From NCBI RefSeq assembly GCF_036321535.1, contig NC_087438.1:5148001-5212000 (forward strand): a stretch of 64,000 nucleotides of DNA, read 5' to 3'. A program made the position numbers and the translations under genes. This DNA is from Camelus dromedarius. Lineage: Eukaryota. Shown one piece after another: positions 49,481 through 62,230 of the stretch. Positions within the stretch are counted from its first letter, which is position 1, and the number at the start of each line of letters is the position of its first letter. The notes below the pieces were generated by a model. That model searched no databases. It saw nothing but the letters and a program-made list of their open reading frames with translations, and was not told where the DNA came from.

Positions 49481-50821
49481 TTTGGACGTAAAGCCAGAGG
49501 AGAAACTCAAATAGCGTGAGGGAGGGGCCTCGTGGGGGAGGAACCCCGGAGCTTTTCTAGTTTTAAAAACAGGAGTCATTGTCTAGCTTCAACGTCCCAA
49601 CCTTTCTCTGCGAGCAGCCAGGAGCTCTTGTGTGGCCCTCCTCACAGCACGTCCCTTCTTTGCACTCTGCAGTCGGTAATGAATTATTGACGTTAATGAG
49701 TTTACACACTTGCTGTCCTTGTCCCCAGGCCGACTGTAAGTCTGCAGGAGGGCATTTGTCTGTCTTGTCCTCAGTAAAATGTTTGATGCATAAATGACCC
49801 AGTGAACAAAACTTCACCAAGAGGGTGGATTTTCTATATTTGGGAAGCCTTCACTTCAAAGAAACTACTTAAAATTGTTAAAGAAAGAAGCCCAAAGTGC
49901 TTATAAAAAGAGAAGGCCCCTCTGCTCTCTCTCGTGCACGTTGTCGCCAGCCTGATTTCACAGCAGGAAGGCTGTCCTAGGAAGAGTGGCACCTCCAGGC
50001 CGCTTTCTAAGGACAGAATCCAGAGCCTGCATCTGCCCCTGCCCTAACGCTTCCCTTAGCCGATCACTGGGGACATTGGGATACCGTGCTACATTGGCTC
50101 ACCTTTCCCCCCTCCCTTTTAATGTGTTTTCTTTGTCCTTCAAGGCAAAGTGGTTTACAAGTGGTAGTGGTTTTGTTCATTATCTCATTATAATTGTCTC
50201 CTGATAATGAGCACTCGAACACCTGCTCATGCCCCAGTGCAAGCCCTCAGAAAGAAAGGAGGCGTCAGTGTACACGCAACAGCGCTGTTAGTAAAGAGGG
50301 CTGAATATCACCTTGACTTTTTTTGTTAATTAAGCAGCACATTCCTATTGACCATTGTCGTTGCTAATTTCCAAGCATTTATTATTTTAATATTTACATA
50401 GTATTGTTTTAGGGAGCCATTTCCCATAAATCTTTGTTGATGGTATTTAGGTTACCTCCCTAAATATCAGACATATTTAGGAACATTAAAGTTGGCTTTT
50501 TCCAAATGTACATGAGGTATTTTTAGTTCCTGGCTTTGTTAAAAAAAAAATGGTGTGAACCCCCAAGGAAAGAGCAATCTGTTAGTCTCTTTCCTCTCAC
50601 ATTTCTTCTTCTTGGAGGTGAAAATGCCTCTCTAATGTTCACAAACAAAAGTACAAATGTTTGGCATCTCCTGAGTGCTGGGTGTCTCCAAGTACAGATG
50701 ACAATTTTTTCAGAAATATTCTCTCTTTTAAATTGTAAGTGAAAAACATTTGCCATGAGTACTATCTGTGAAGAGTACACATCTCTAACAGTTAGGTGGG
50801 CTTGGTTTTGCTTTTTATTTT

Positions 50822-51088
50822 TAATTTTTTATTGAAATATAATTGATTTACAATATTGTGTTAGTTTCTGGTGTCCTTCATGGTGATTCAGTGTTTTTGT
50901 GATTGCAGTCCACTATAGGTTATTACAAGATAAGGGATGTAATTCCCTGTCCTATACAGTAAATCCTTTTTGCGTATCTGTTTTATATACAGTTTTTTAT
51001 GTCTGTTACTCACATACTTCTAATTTGTCCCTCCCCCCTTCCCTCTCCCCTTTGGTAATCCCAAATTTGTTTTCTGTCTGTGAGTCTG
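50822..51088 (-). mobile_element. L1 3'UTR fragment
   Basis: ttttattgaaatataattgatttacaatattgtgttagtttctggtgt...tgtctgtgagtctg. Confidence 0.85.
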
Positions 51089-51171
51089 ACAAACGACTTA
51101 ATTTTTAAATACTAGCAAAGTATGTAGACATACCAGAAATTTTACAAGGTGCTGTTTTTAAAATAATTCTT

Positions 51172-51350
51172 ATACAACAAGGTCCTTCTATACAGCACAG
51201 GGAACTATATTCAATATCTTGTAGTAACCTCTAATGAAAAAGAATCTGAAAAAGAACATGTGTACGTGTATGTATGACTGAAACATTATGCTGTGCACCA
51301 GAAATTGACACAACATTGTAAACTGACTAGACTTCAACTAAAAAAAATAA
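51172..51350 (+). mobile_element. Young L1 3'UTR fragment
   Basis: tacagcacagggaactatattcaatatcttgtagtaacc...gcaccagaaattgacacaacattgtaaactgac + A-tail. Confidence 0.88.
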
Positions 51351-52139
51351 GAAGAGTACTAGTCATTCTTTCTCAGTGTTCTCAGAGTCTGGTGACCACA
51401 CCCTCTCCAGAGTCCTTGCTCCTTGCAGAGCAAGATACCTCTGCAAGGGTCCCAGCCCTGCTTGGGAGGCACCCTCTTAGGCAGGCTCAGGGGGTGGGGG
51501 TGGAGTTGAACCCTGTGTCTACCAATGCTGTTGGGCTGGATAGACCCCCTTTGGCATCCATATGGGGAAAATACATATATATATATATCTCTGGATGTAG
51601 AAAATTCTCAGTAGGTGTTATTCTGCAGCCACATATTCCTTTACTTATTCCTCAATATATTTATACATAAAATATATATATATAACAGATAATTATAGAT
51701 TTCCCTTCTCTTCCTTCCTTCCATGATTGGTAAACTGTATCTCATAGTTCCTTTTGCTGGAAGTAGAAAGTGATTTTTAAAATTTCCATTTCTCTGATAA
51801 CCTGAGTCACGAAATAACAGCCTTGCCAGTGGATACATTCTCCCTCTAATGCAGTGCCCTCCCCTAGGGTTAGCCCGTGCGCGGGGCATCTGGCTCCAAG
51901 TCCGTGCTGTTACATAGGCCCTCGTTCTCTGCCTCACAGCGCGGTGGGTATTTATAGCAGTGATCTGCTTGCCTGAGTGGTCAGTTTACTGAAACTGACC
52001 AAAGGAACTATCTTCTAACTCCTTGAGAACATGTACATGACAACAACAGATCTAAAATATTGTCCTAAAATTAATTCTGTGATGTCTGTGTCTGAGGCAG
52101 ATGAGTGGACTGACTGGGCTGGCGAGCTCCGTGGTCAGA

Positions 52140-52290
52140 CCCTTGGGTTCCCAGGGGATCGGGGTGAGTCACCTCCCCTCTCTCATCCTCACATCTCCAT
52201 CGATTACGTGGGGGAGTTAAAGCTATTACATTCATGAACAACTAGCTTGTACTTGGAGCAGTGCCCACCCACAGTGGGTGCTGCCGGCGC
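52140..52290 (+). mobile_element. Diverged MIR fragment
   Basis: ggggtgagtcacctcccctctctcatcctcacatctccatc...acttggagcagtgcccacccacagtgggtgct. Confidence 0.5.
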
Positions 52291-53079
52291 CGCAGCCGGC
52301 ATTGCCGCCGCTGCTGGTGGCGGTGTTAGCAACTAGTACTCACAGAATTAAGTGTCCCAGACAGGGTACCCTGACGTGAGAGCCTCTGCTGAGGCAATGA
52401 ATTGGAGTCTTGCTTATTTCTTTTTTTCAGTCAGTCCTCCTTTTGCTTCAGACAGGCATTAAGAGGGGTTACATGCGCTTAGGGCACCAAGTTACAAGAA
52501 TGTCCCAAATGCAAGGAAAGTGAAGTAAAGGAAAAGCAAGTGAGTAGGGAAGCAGCTCTGCGAGTGGGTTTTTGAGCTCCTGTAAGAGACAAGCCCAAAA
52601 GACTTGTCTCCAGTCGGAGCCGTATGGGGAGCCAAATCCAGGAATCTCCATTTATCTTCATCTTTAACTGTCTGAAGGGCAAGGAAACAGTCTCTGGCTT
52701 TTGCTGGTTCCTCCCTTCCTCTGTCAATTGCTATTTCTGGTGTCCCCTTGAAGGCACAGAGAAGGCGGCAGGGGCCAGGGTGAGGCTGGGGCTGAGGTTT
52801 GGGCTGGATTCAAAGCAAATGTTCAGGCAGCTTCTGGGGACACTGCACAGAGCCCTCTTTGAGAAGCTGGTGCGCTCGGGCTGCGGCCCTGGAGGCCCCT
52901 TAGCGACGGCAAGGCTTCAAAGCTGTGGTGAGGAGCTCACAGACCATCAGGGGTCCCAGTCCTGGTCCCTGCTGCCTCCTGCACTCACCCACTCACCCCT
53001 CCCAGGTCGAAACTTGTTTTCCCTCAGGAGCAGTGGAGCAGGAATGAAATACGCAATAGAAACATGGAGCTGGGATAAA

Positions 53080-55815
53080 CCATCCATCCATCCGTTCAGT
53101 CTCATGACCCATCACGTGTGGAACATCTTGTCTGCCTGGCATTATACTTGGTGGTGGAGAAGTCGTTGCTCTTAGTTGCAAAGTCTAATGAAGGAATATG
53201 CTCAGAAGTAGGTAATCCTGCCCCAAGACAAGCCCAAAGTCGGTTCAGCACAAGACTGCACCATACACGGGGCGGTGAAGTACGGGAGAGGCCACCCAGC
53301 TTGGCTAGGACTGGGATGGGAGCTGAAAGGCCTTCCTCTTCCACTGCCACCTGGGCTGAGTTCTGGGGTCACTTAGGAGGTGACCAGGCTAAACACTAGA
53401 AAAGAGAAGGTGAGCACGGGATGGAGATCGAAAGCAAAGGCCAGTGGCCAGAATCTGGGGGGTGGGGGTGGCCTCACCTCAAGAAGCATGGTGGCTCCAA
53501 GGTGGGTGGTGAGTATGAGTGGCTTCCAGAGACAGCCTGCGGCCCAGCATGCAGGACATCCTATGACATTTTAAGAAGCTTTCACTTGATCTTGTAAGCC
53601 AGTGTTTCTTAAAGTATGCTCATGGACCCCCAGCAAAATAATCACCTTGGAAATCTGTTAAAATGCAAATTCCTGGACCACATTCCAAATGGATCAGAAT
53701 TTTCTGGAGGTGGGTCCTAGAATTTTGTATTTGAAACTTGCATCCTTGGTCTTCCTTATGCATAGTGAAGTTTACAGACAAAGCTCCAGGGAGTGGAGAG
53801 GTTTAAGCAGAGGGCTGCCCAGTGCTGGTGGCGGGGATTCAAGTTGTATGCCCACGGGCACACAACACGATAAGCTTGCACTTGGTGACTTACTCAAGTG
53901 AGTAGCAGAAATGTGTGGTATCTCCCAGAGGAGTCTCTGTGCCGCAGTAATTGTGGACTCCCACGTTGAGATGAACCCCTCTGCTGACCTGTCGTGGACT
54001 TTAAACTTGAGGCAGAAATGGACACTTAGTGCGTGAGCCCCTGAGATCTGGAAGGTGCCCGTAGCCACAGCATCCCCACCTGTGCTGGCTGGAGCTTCAT
54101 CTAGAAGTCACCTGTATCACTTTAGTGGCTTCTGCCAGATACATTTGAATAGGGACAGCCCAGGGACAGGGACACCAGTGGAAATGTTTGTGGCAATGGT
54201 CCAGAGTTGATTGAGAAACGGAGCAGAAGGGGGAATAGAGAGCAAAGGGCATAGATTCTAGAGATATTTAACAAATAAAATTGTCACAGCTTAGTGAATG
54301 TCAGATGTGTGGGGAAAGGTACACATCAAGGAAGAGTGTCCGGATGCTAGTTTGGGTGAGCGGGTTATCGGGGGTGACACCAGATGTAGACAGAAGGTGG
54401 ATGGAGGATAACTTTAGGGATGGAAGATGGGGAACTTCTTTTGGCTGGAATGTGCTTGAGGGCCCGCCAGGTGGAGATGTGTGCCAGGCAGCTGGCTGTG
54501 GTTGCCTGAATTCTGAAAGTGGAGTCTGAGCTGGAGACACAGATGGAGCAGGGAGATGTTGTCCTGCAGGGTGTTGTGTCCACCGTGGGAGCCATGGTGG
54601 TCACTTAATTTAATGTGAGAGGAAACTAAGACCCTGGAGAGTTCCAAGATGTAAGGTGCTTGGGGAGCAGAGGAGTCTTGCAGAATGGTCAGGGAAAGAG
54701 AGGATAATCCAAAATAGGCCAGAATGGAAAAATATGTCCAAATAGGTTCCTGTGCCGTGGTCCTAGAGATGCTAATTCACTAGTCTTTGTGGGATAGATT
54801 CAAGGGATTTTCATAAAAGCTTCTCTAGGAAACTTTGACGCACACCCAAGTTTGGGACTCGCTTAACTTCCAGGAAGCTTGGTAGAGATAAAAAGAGAAG
54901 GGATGAGCAGGAGCTAGAGAAATACAGGCATCCCTTTAGCGACAGGATCAAGGGGAGGAGACTAAAGGGATGGTGGCTGCAGTGGGCCCCAGAGGGAGTC
55001 CCAGAGAAGACTTTGAGGTCAAGGTGGGGAGATTGTCCTTGAACTGGAGAAACCCATGTGGACATGGGTGTGGATGCAAATTGGAGTTATGGGGTCATAC
55101 GTTGGGGGAGTGAAGGAGGGCTTCCATTTTCTCTTTGAAATAGAGAGTGGAACTGGCTTGGGGAGCATGAAGACAGGACTCAGTGGGAAGGAGATGAAGA
55201 CGTGTAGACATGTCAAAGGTTTGAGATCATCTTGGAGAAAGATGGAAGTGAGAGCTAAGCTGTATTGAGATGACTTCCTGGCAGTCCCAAAGCATGCTGA
55301 GATTGGAGACCATGAGTTTGCAGTGGCTCAATCTTATATCCATGGGGAATCCCTCGAGTTGTGTGCTTGGCATCAGGGTGGATAAGACAGACGGTGTCAG
55401 TCCGTGATTCATCCGTGGCTGGGCACAGCGGATGTGGTTACAGGGAGACTGGCAAGGAAATGTTCAGACCATCGGTGGTAAATTCCCAGCTGTCTAGAGA
55501 AGGAGGCAATGACTGCAGATCAGCTGATAGGTGAGCAGCAAAGGCAGGGCCAGGGGTGAGGGCACCGTGATATGTCCAGGTGGGAAGCTGGGAGGGAAGA
55601 AAGGATAGGCAATGAGTTTGATATTTCTGGGATGGATGTGTTCACGTGATCAGAAGGTTCAAGTTTATGGGCATGTGATTGAGATGAAGTCCACCAGTCC
55701 AATGTCAGATGCCCATGAATTGTTGGATAGGTCATATCCATGAATACTGAAATACCTGAGAGTCACAGATAAGGTTGGTATCATGGAAGCCTGTAAGCTA
55801 GGTCCTAAAGGCTTC
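53080..55815 (-). mobile_element. Long fragmented L2 LINE remnant
   Basis: catccatccatccgttca 3' end; purine-rich L2 motifs ccaggtggagatgtgtgccaggcagctgg, tgagattggagaccatgagtttgcagtggc, ttgagatgaagtccaccag. Confidence 0.7.
53600..53785. mobile_element. MER5A-like hAT-Charlie MITE inside the L2
   Basis: cagtgtttcttaaagtatg...atcaccttggaaatctgttaaaatgcaaattcctggacc...atcagaattttctggaggtggg. Confidence 0.85.
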
Positions 55816-56520
55816 AGTGAATGATGAGGAAATTGAGACCCAGGACAGCTGGCCCCACCCTGCCTTTCCCAAGGTGAAGGGCGGAGCCACATGGTCAAAG
55901 CCTTTGCACAGAACCTGGGACCAGAAGCCCCTTCACGGTCCCCTCAGCTCCTGATCCAGCTTAGTTTTCTCTTGACAGGGGTATTTTTAGGCCAATTTAA
56001 TGTTAAGCTATGAGTGGTTTAAGTTTAAACTAATACCACGATGAATTAAGAAATGGAGAAAGAACTGTGGAGGAAATTCACCAAAAGCCAAGTGCATCAT
56101 CACCCTTACCCACATCTTAGGCCGCTGTGCTGAGCAAAATGCAGTTCAAGGGACAGTCAGAAAGTCTGGGCTCTAAGCTTTATGTAGGACGGTGACGTAT
56201 GCAGACTCTCGAGGTGCACCTGCCCCAAATCTCACCTGCAGCCCCATTAATGCTCAAAACAAAGCTGCATGAGGCCGGCTCAGCTTTGGGCTTGAGAATA
56301 AGGAACCTCTTCAACCACACAGCCTTCTGCTGCGGGGGAAGCATTCACCTGGCATGGAGACCTTCGGCACTGGTATCCAAGAGATACCTCAGTTCATCAT
56401 TCCTCTCTTTACCCTGTTCCAAGAATCCTGCTCTCTCCTTTCTTCCTTCTTTAGGTTTTTGGCCTTCATTGCATTTCTGTCATCTTTCCTCAGCAATAAA
56501 GTATATGGTGTGTGCACCAG

Positions 56521-56950
56521 AGTGTGAGTTTTGTAGGGCTGCCAGAACTGACTACAAACACGGTGCCTTGACAAGTGTGATTCATTCTCTCACAGTCTGG
56601 GAGGCCAGAAGCCCAAACTCAGGTTGTCAGCAGGGCCATTGTCCCTCCGAAAGCTCTAAGGGATCCTTTGTTTCCTCCTCAAGCTTCTGGTGGCCCAGGT
56701 GTTCTTGACCGTGGCCGCATCACTCCAGTCTCTGCCTCCATCTTCCATCATCTTCCCTGTTTCTTTTGTTCTGTAAGGATACTTGTCCATGGATTTATGG
56801 CTCACCCTAATCTGGGATGAACTGGTCTCTGATCCTCAACTTAATTACATCTGCAGAGATTTAATGGTTTCCAAGAAGAGTCATGCACAGGCTCTATGTG
56901 AACATGCCTTTTTTTTTATTGGAGGGGGGGGTGCCATTCAAGCCTTCATC
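56521..56950 (-). mobile_element. MLT1C-like solo LTR
   Basis: ttcattctctcacagtctgggaggccagaag...gcttctggtggcc...gcatcactccagtctctgcctccatctt...cttaattacatctgca. Confidence 0.88.
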
Positions 56951-57471
56951 ACCATCATCAGCAGCATCGTCATCATCATCATAATAAATGGTACCTGAAC
57001 AAAATGTTTTCTTTTTCTGAGTTTATTCTGCCATGATAACCATATAGTCAACTCCTGGAGGGAAAGAATGTGCCTTCTGTTCCCACTGACCAGTCCCTCT
57101 GCCCGGGGCGCTCCAGAAGGTCTGCCCATTTGGCCAGCTTTGCCTCTGCTTCTCAACTTGCAGACCTTCATACATGGTGCAAAGTCATTCCTACCTTTTA
57201 AGACTTAGCCCAAGGCCTACCTTCAAGAAGCCTCCTTTAGGTGGTCCCATACGTTACCATAAAGAGGTTAATTTTCTCAGATTGATCTGAATCCCTTCTC
57301 GTATTAGTTTGCCAACCTACTTACGGTATATTCCATACGTAGCTTTTATGTGTGGTGTCGACTTATTCATTTGCTTTACACCAAATACACTCATAAAACT
57401 GCACGTGACAGAAGCTTACGCTACAACATGGGGAAGGCTGTGTTTGCTGACTCAGTTGGCTGTCCTGATCG

Positions 57472-57966
57472 TATGAGTCAGCCTTACATTTGGCTGCAGG
57501 AAACAGAAAATCAGACTACAGAGGTTTAAACAAATGGGAATTTATTTGCCTCAAAAATAAAAAAAAAAAAAATCCAACAGTAGAGGGCTACTGACCATGG
57601 TCCAGCAGATTAATGAAATCAAGACCAATGTCTGCAGGTATGCACTGGCTCTTCTCTCACAGTCATATGGAGGCTGCCACAGATCCAGCCATTTTGTCTA
57701 CATTCAAAGCAAGTAGATGGAATAGGAAAGTGGAAGTTTCCCATTAATTGCATCTGCCCCTTTTTATTACAAAATTAAAAGCTGACAGACAGCTCTTTGT
57801 CTTCTGAAGCCAACTTCACTCACATCTGGTTCCACTGCCACTCCCAGGTATAGAAGAACCTGGGGATGCAAATGTGTGGATTTCCAGCCTCTGCAGTGGG
57901 AGGTACCCAGAGAAAGGGAGAGGGGTGGGAAAGGTCGTGACCAGCTGACCAACAGAGTTTGCCACT
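57472..57966 (-). mobile_element. MLT1K/L-like LTR
   Basis: ttggctgcaggaaacagaaaa...gtttaaacaaatggg...ggctgccacagatccagcca...caacagagtttgccac. Confidence 0.7.
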
Positions 57967-58479
57967 CCCTCAAAGTGCTTGTGTGGCCCCCCCATCCTGG
58001 TCCCTTACCTGTCCTCACCACACCGTCTACAGCTGTCATCTCGTCTGACGCCAGGATTTATAAGAACAGCTATCAAGTTAGTAGGCAATAATTAACTCCA
58101 AGGTACATAAATTACCCGGCTGCAGGATTTTTTCCTTTAAATACACAGGTGAGTGCTGTTTTGAACATGGATCAGTGGCCGCCTCTGCAGACAGAAAGCT
58201 CCAGTGCAGTCGTTTTGAGGCTGCCCTTAAGCCTGGGGAAGACTGCTATTTGGGGGGGGGGGGGGTCTGTGCCGTGTGTATGAGCATACCCATGGGTGTT
58301 TTATTACTGCTGTTAGTAGAGTGTGTAAGAGGGAACTTCGTAGGCTCTGGTACGGCCCCTGCCTTTATTGCAGGGGAAGCTCACCCAGGACTGTGTCCTC
58401 GTAGGCTACTGTGGGCCTACATCCAACAGTGATGTGAGGGTGAAAATGAGGGAGAAACCCAGAAAAAAAGACTATGCCG

Positions 58480-58700
58480 ATATGTATCTATGTTAATTGA
58501 TTAATCATCCATGAATGCAAAGTGAATAAAATATATAATTATTATTTATGAAGGAGATATTTTACACTTAAATCTAAGTTTGGTCAATGATCGTTGAAAT
58601 GCAGCAATTTTTATTAATGAAGGCTCCACCTGGGAGCGTTTTTGCTGCTCTAATGTCTGGTCTCCTTATTAATCCAAACTTCATCAGATTTGCTGATCCA
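58480..58700. promoter_or_regulatory. Enhancer-like homeodomain motif cluster
   Basis: TAATTGATTAAT, TAATTA, TTTATG, TTTATTAATG, TAATCC in unique AT-rich DNA. Confidence 0.3.
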
Positions 58701-60266
58701 AATGCTCTCAAACCTTGGGATGCTGACTTGCTCTGACAAAGGTACAGAGAATGACAGGTGACTTCAGAATGCTGGTTTATTAACTAGTTTTCACTAGATG
58801 ATTTCTGTTTTCCATTTGTCTTAGAAACTACTGAACGTTTGCTGTTTGCCTTCAAAACGGAACGCATGCGCACACCACGGTAGGAGCGCTCCAGTTCTGA
58901 AAGCGTGCATTTAAAAATATTTCCTTAGTGGTCTCTGGGAAACCTGTCCTCCCTAAAATCCTTCTCTGATGCCACGCTGTGCACACGTTGTCTGCCACCC
59001 CTGTTCCGGCCTCAGTTCACCGGTTACTGAGGGTCCTCTGAAGTCCCACTGTGTGTTCAGATGTGAGGACCTGAGGCTGGCCTTGGCCCATCTCTTATCC
59101 ATCTGATTCCTTCTCTTTCTCCCCCACCAAAGCCCGCCACTCAGCCTCAGCTTTGTCTGAGTTAATTTTCTAGTCCTCTTACCGCAGTGTTCCTCTCCCT
59201 CCGCTAATCAGCGCAGGAGCCCTCCTGAATGAACAGAAGGGTGTCTTTGGTTTAAATAATTACACCACACCTCACACCTTCAGTTTGAATAGCAGAGCTC
59301 CCCCTCCTGTGGGAAGCTCGCCCTCGTTAGCATTAGCCATTATTCAGTCCGTTATTAAATTCTCAGCTCTTCTCTCCACTTGAATTGTTTCTTTGTTCTG
59401 GCAGGATTCGAGTTTAATCATCTCCTTTTTATCTGACATTCATTTCTCCAAAGGTAATGCGCAGTATATTCACCTGGGGAGATATATGTTAAAAAAATAA
59501 TAAGCAACTGACTCTCTAGGCGTGGGCTCTGGGCACGTCCACATCTTCTCAAAGCGCCAGGTGATTCTTACCCACAGCCTGTTTCAGAACTGCGATGCCC
59601 TGAGCTCTGGTGAGGAAAGAGCCTTATTGAAGCTTTATCTTGCCTTTCCAGTTGTTAACAGCAAAATCAGCAGAAGTATCTGTGTGGTGCTTACACTTGA
59701 CAGCAGGTTTTAAAATATAAGTCTCTCTGGTTCTCTAAACAGCATAGTTTGTGCATGAAATTTACATTTGTCTATTATGGTGATGTTTTCATTAGATCGG
59801 TATGGAATTGTGTGTAATTTGTGTACATTACCAAATGGAAACGATACAAAGGTTGAAACGGGTGGATTCTAATCTGTGGTTGACGGGGTCATTAGCTGCT
59901 CTCACTTTGCAGAATGATGTAACCAGACAGATGTGTCTCCGGGGGAAGCCTGTTTACACAGGTAGCCTCTGTCCACCGGGGGCATTGGCTCCGCTGCAGG
60001 GAGTGGCCCTCGGTCTGGAGAGCCCTGAAGTGTGACCTTGTTAACAATCCAGACTTTACCAAAGTTGGCAGGCTGACTTGCTCTAACCAAAGTGGGAAGG
60101 AAGGCTACTGAAACCCAGGATGCCAATTTATTCATTTGTCATGAGGAACAGGCCTTTCAGGTAGACCAGCTGGTTGTATAAAACTCTCACCTTTGAAGCC
60201 ACCTTATCTGAAGGTCACCCATGAATGGTGATAGCGCAGGTGGAGTGGGGATTTATATGTTTGAGG

Positions 60267-60495
60267 CAATGTTTCTCGACATTTCTCCATTACTTAAGGA
60301 GGCTTTTTAGATTTCTTTTTCTTAACCAACCCCCCATGAAATTTTAATACCGCAGGTATATTGCATATTTATTTATGTGATGTGTGCACATCTCTGTCAT
60401 GCATTACAGGGAATTTTTTATTTTTATTTTTGGCTTTCCCCAAGAACCAGTGTTTGCCCTCTTGGGGATGCTGTGACCTCTGTTGAGAATGTATG
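60267..60495 (+). mobile_element. MER112-like hAT-Charlie MITE
   Basis: taaggaggctttttaga...ccccatgaaattttaatacc...ccccaagaacca...gttgagaatgtatg. Confidence 0.8.
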
Positions 60496-60532
60496 ACTTA
60501 AGGAATCCATTTCCTAAAGCCTAGACGATGCA

Positions 60533-60551
60533 CGTCCACTAGAGGGCTCCA
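60533..60551 (+). promoter_or_regulatory. CTCF-like motif
   Basis: CCACTAGAGGGC at 60536-60547 matches the CTCF core CCASYAGRKGGC. Confidence 0.45.
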
Positions 60552-61019
60552 CCCGCCAGGTGGGCCAGATCCTGGAATCCACTGACTTGTCCTGACGCCT
60601 TCTCTTCTAGACACCCCTGTTTTCCTCAGAGACTGGCCTCTTTCTGTGCTTCCAGAATTAACATCTTCACCACCCACTCACGTCCTTCCTTTCTTGGACG
60701 TATCTTTTCTTTAGATGTTTTAGTTCAGCCAACAGATCACAGTCAGATATGGCAAGAATTGCACTCTCTTTCAGGTGATGAAACATGTGTCTGCATCCTT
60801 TTCAGATTAACTCTGATGGGACAGTTTTGGGTTCAGATTCTTCACGTCTGTCCCAGGTATTATTTGCATGGGTTTACCGAAGGGACGTCAGGTATATGTC
60901 AAAGCGTAACCCCGCTGTTAAGGATAACATCTTACAAAGAATTACGAAGCTTTCTCCCCAAATATCAAAGGCAGGAAAGTGGAGTGGACTGGTCCAAGGC
61001 CAAAAACGATATTTAAACT

Positions 61020-61132
61020 GAAGCTTCAAGAGGACAAGGATTTTTGTCCTTTTTGTTTGCTTAAAATTATGGTCCCTGCACCATGAACAGTTTCTGTCAC
61101 ATAGTGGGCCCTCAGTAATATTTGTTGAATGA
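61020..61132 (+). mobile_element. L2 3' end
   Basis: aagcttcaagaggacaagga...cacatagtgggccctcagtaatatttgttgaatg. Confidence 0.75.
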
Positions 61133-61204
61133 GAAAAAAAAATTTTTTTCAGTATGTGAATGAGGATCTTCTGATGCAGTGAATCATGTGGCTATCAGGC
61201 ATTA

Positions 61205-62230
61205 TATTCATTCATTCAAAGAATACCAAGGATAATAATTTATGATAAACCCTATGTGAATTACCCAATATACACCTAAGGTAATGAAACATATGGGCTC
61301 TCTGCCCTCATGGGCCCAAGAGCAAAGCAAGAGGGACTAGCAATACGCAGATGAGTAAACAAAAACTGTTACCTCTGGGGGGCAAGTGATGCTGGAGTGC
61401 GGGGCTGGTGGATAGCAGAGGCACTCAGCGTGCTCAGGGAGGACGTGTCGTGGAAGCCAGGCCTAAGACGGTCCCACCCAACAAAAGAAGCAGGAAGGAG
61501 CTCCTTGGGCGGAAGGAACTGTGTGTGCAAAGGCCCTGAGCCTGGAGAGATGAGCAAGTTGGAAGACCCCAAAGGAGGGTACAGCACCTTGCAAGGAATT
61601 GGGGGGCAGGGCATGAATGGAAGTTGAAGGTGAAGACCAGGGCAAGACGTGTAAAGACTTCAGTGTAGACGTTAAAGTGGAGATACAGCTCTTCCGAGTC
61701 TAGACTGCAGGGGAAGGTCTGGGCTGGAGGTCTACTTCGGGAGTAAGTGCTATTTAGATGACGCTGAAGAAGCCGCTAGCTGTGTGGGTGATGCTGCAAG
61801 GGAGAAGTTGGGAGGGTAATAAAGGGAAGGAGATTTAGCAGAGCTCTGAAGAGTGTAATGTTTGAGTCAGGAAAGGTCGGGTCAGCGGAATGGCCAGACC
61901 CCAGGGAGTGTGGGGTCAAGGAAGCCAAGAGAGACTGAGATTCTTGGCAGGAGAAAGGGATCAGCTGCTGCTGAGGACAGTGCCCAGGACTCACAGTAAG
62001 GGGAGGGCAGAAAGGTGTTGATGGGTCTGACAAAGTTGTAGGTTACCAGTGCCCTTGACAAGGATTGCTTCAGTGGCTTCTGGAGGTTACGACATAGTTC
62101 GAAATGGGATATGGAGAGTCAGGGCAGAGGGCAAAGAAGTGGAAAGAGCTTAAGCAGACAAGCCTCTGAGGTTTGGCTTTAAAGGAAAATGAGAAATAAA
62201 GGAGAAGGCAGGGCTATGTGTGTTTAGGGA
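61205..62230 (-). mobile_element. L2 LINE fragment
   Basis: attcattcattcaa end; ctctgccctcatgg, ggaaggaactgtgtgtgcaaaggccctgag, ggtcaaggaagccaagaga. Confidence 0.7.

Noticed and set aside
52624..53175. Longest ORFs in the track (183 aa here; also 37042-37566, 25485-25997, 56199-56708, 20322-20813)
   Set aside because: They run through repeats (L2, MIR/L1, MLT1, MER3/L1) or GC-rich DNA, have non-protein-like composition, and show no exon structure
60806..60856. 51-nt + strand exon INSDGTVLGSDSSRLSQ
   Set aside because: Acceptor is fair but the donor GTATTA is weak; peptide not recognised
61020..61330. Tail-to-tail L2 ends as a miR-28/miR-151-type hairpin
   Set aside because: Ends are ~70 bp apart with little complementarity, and I see no mature miR-28-family sequence
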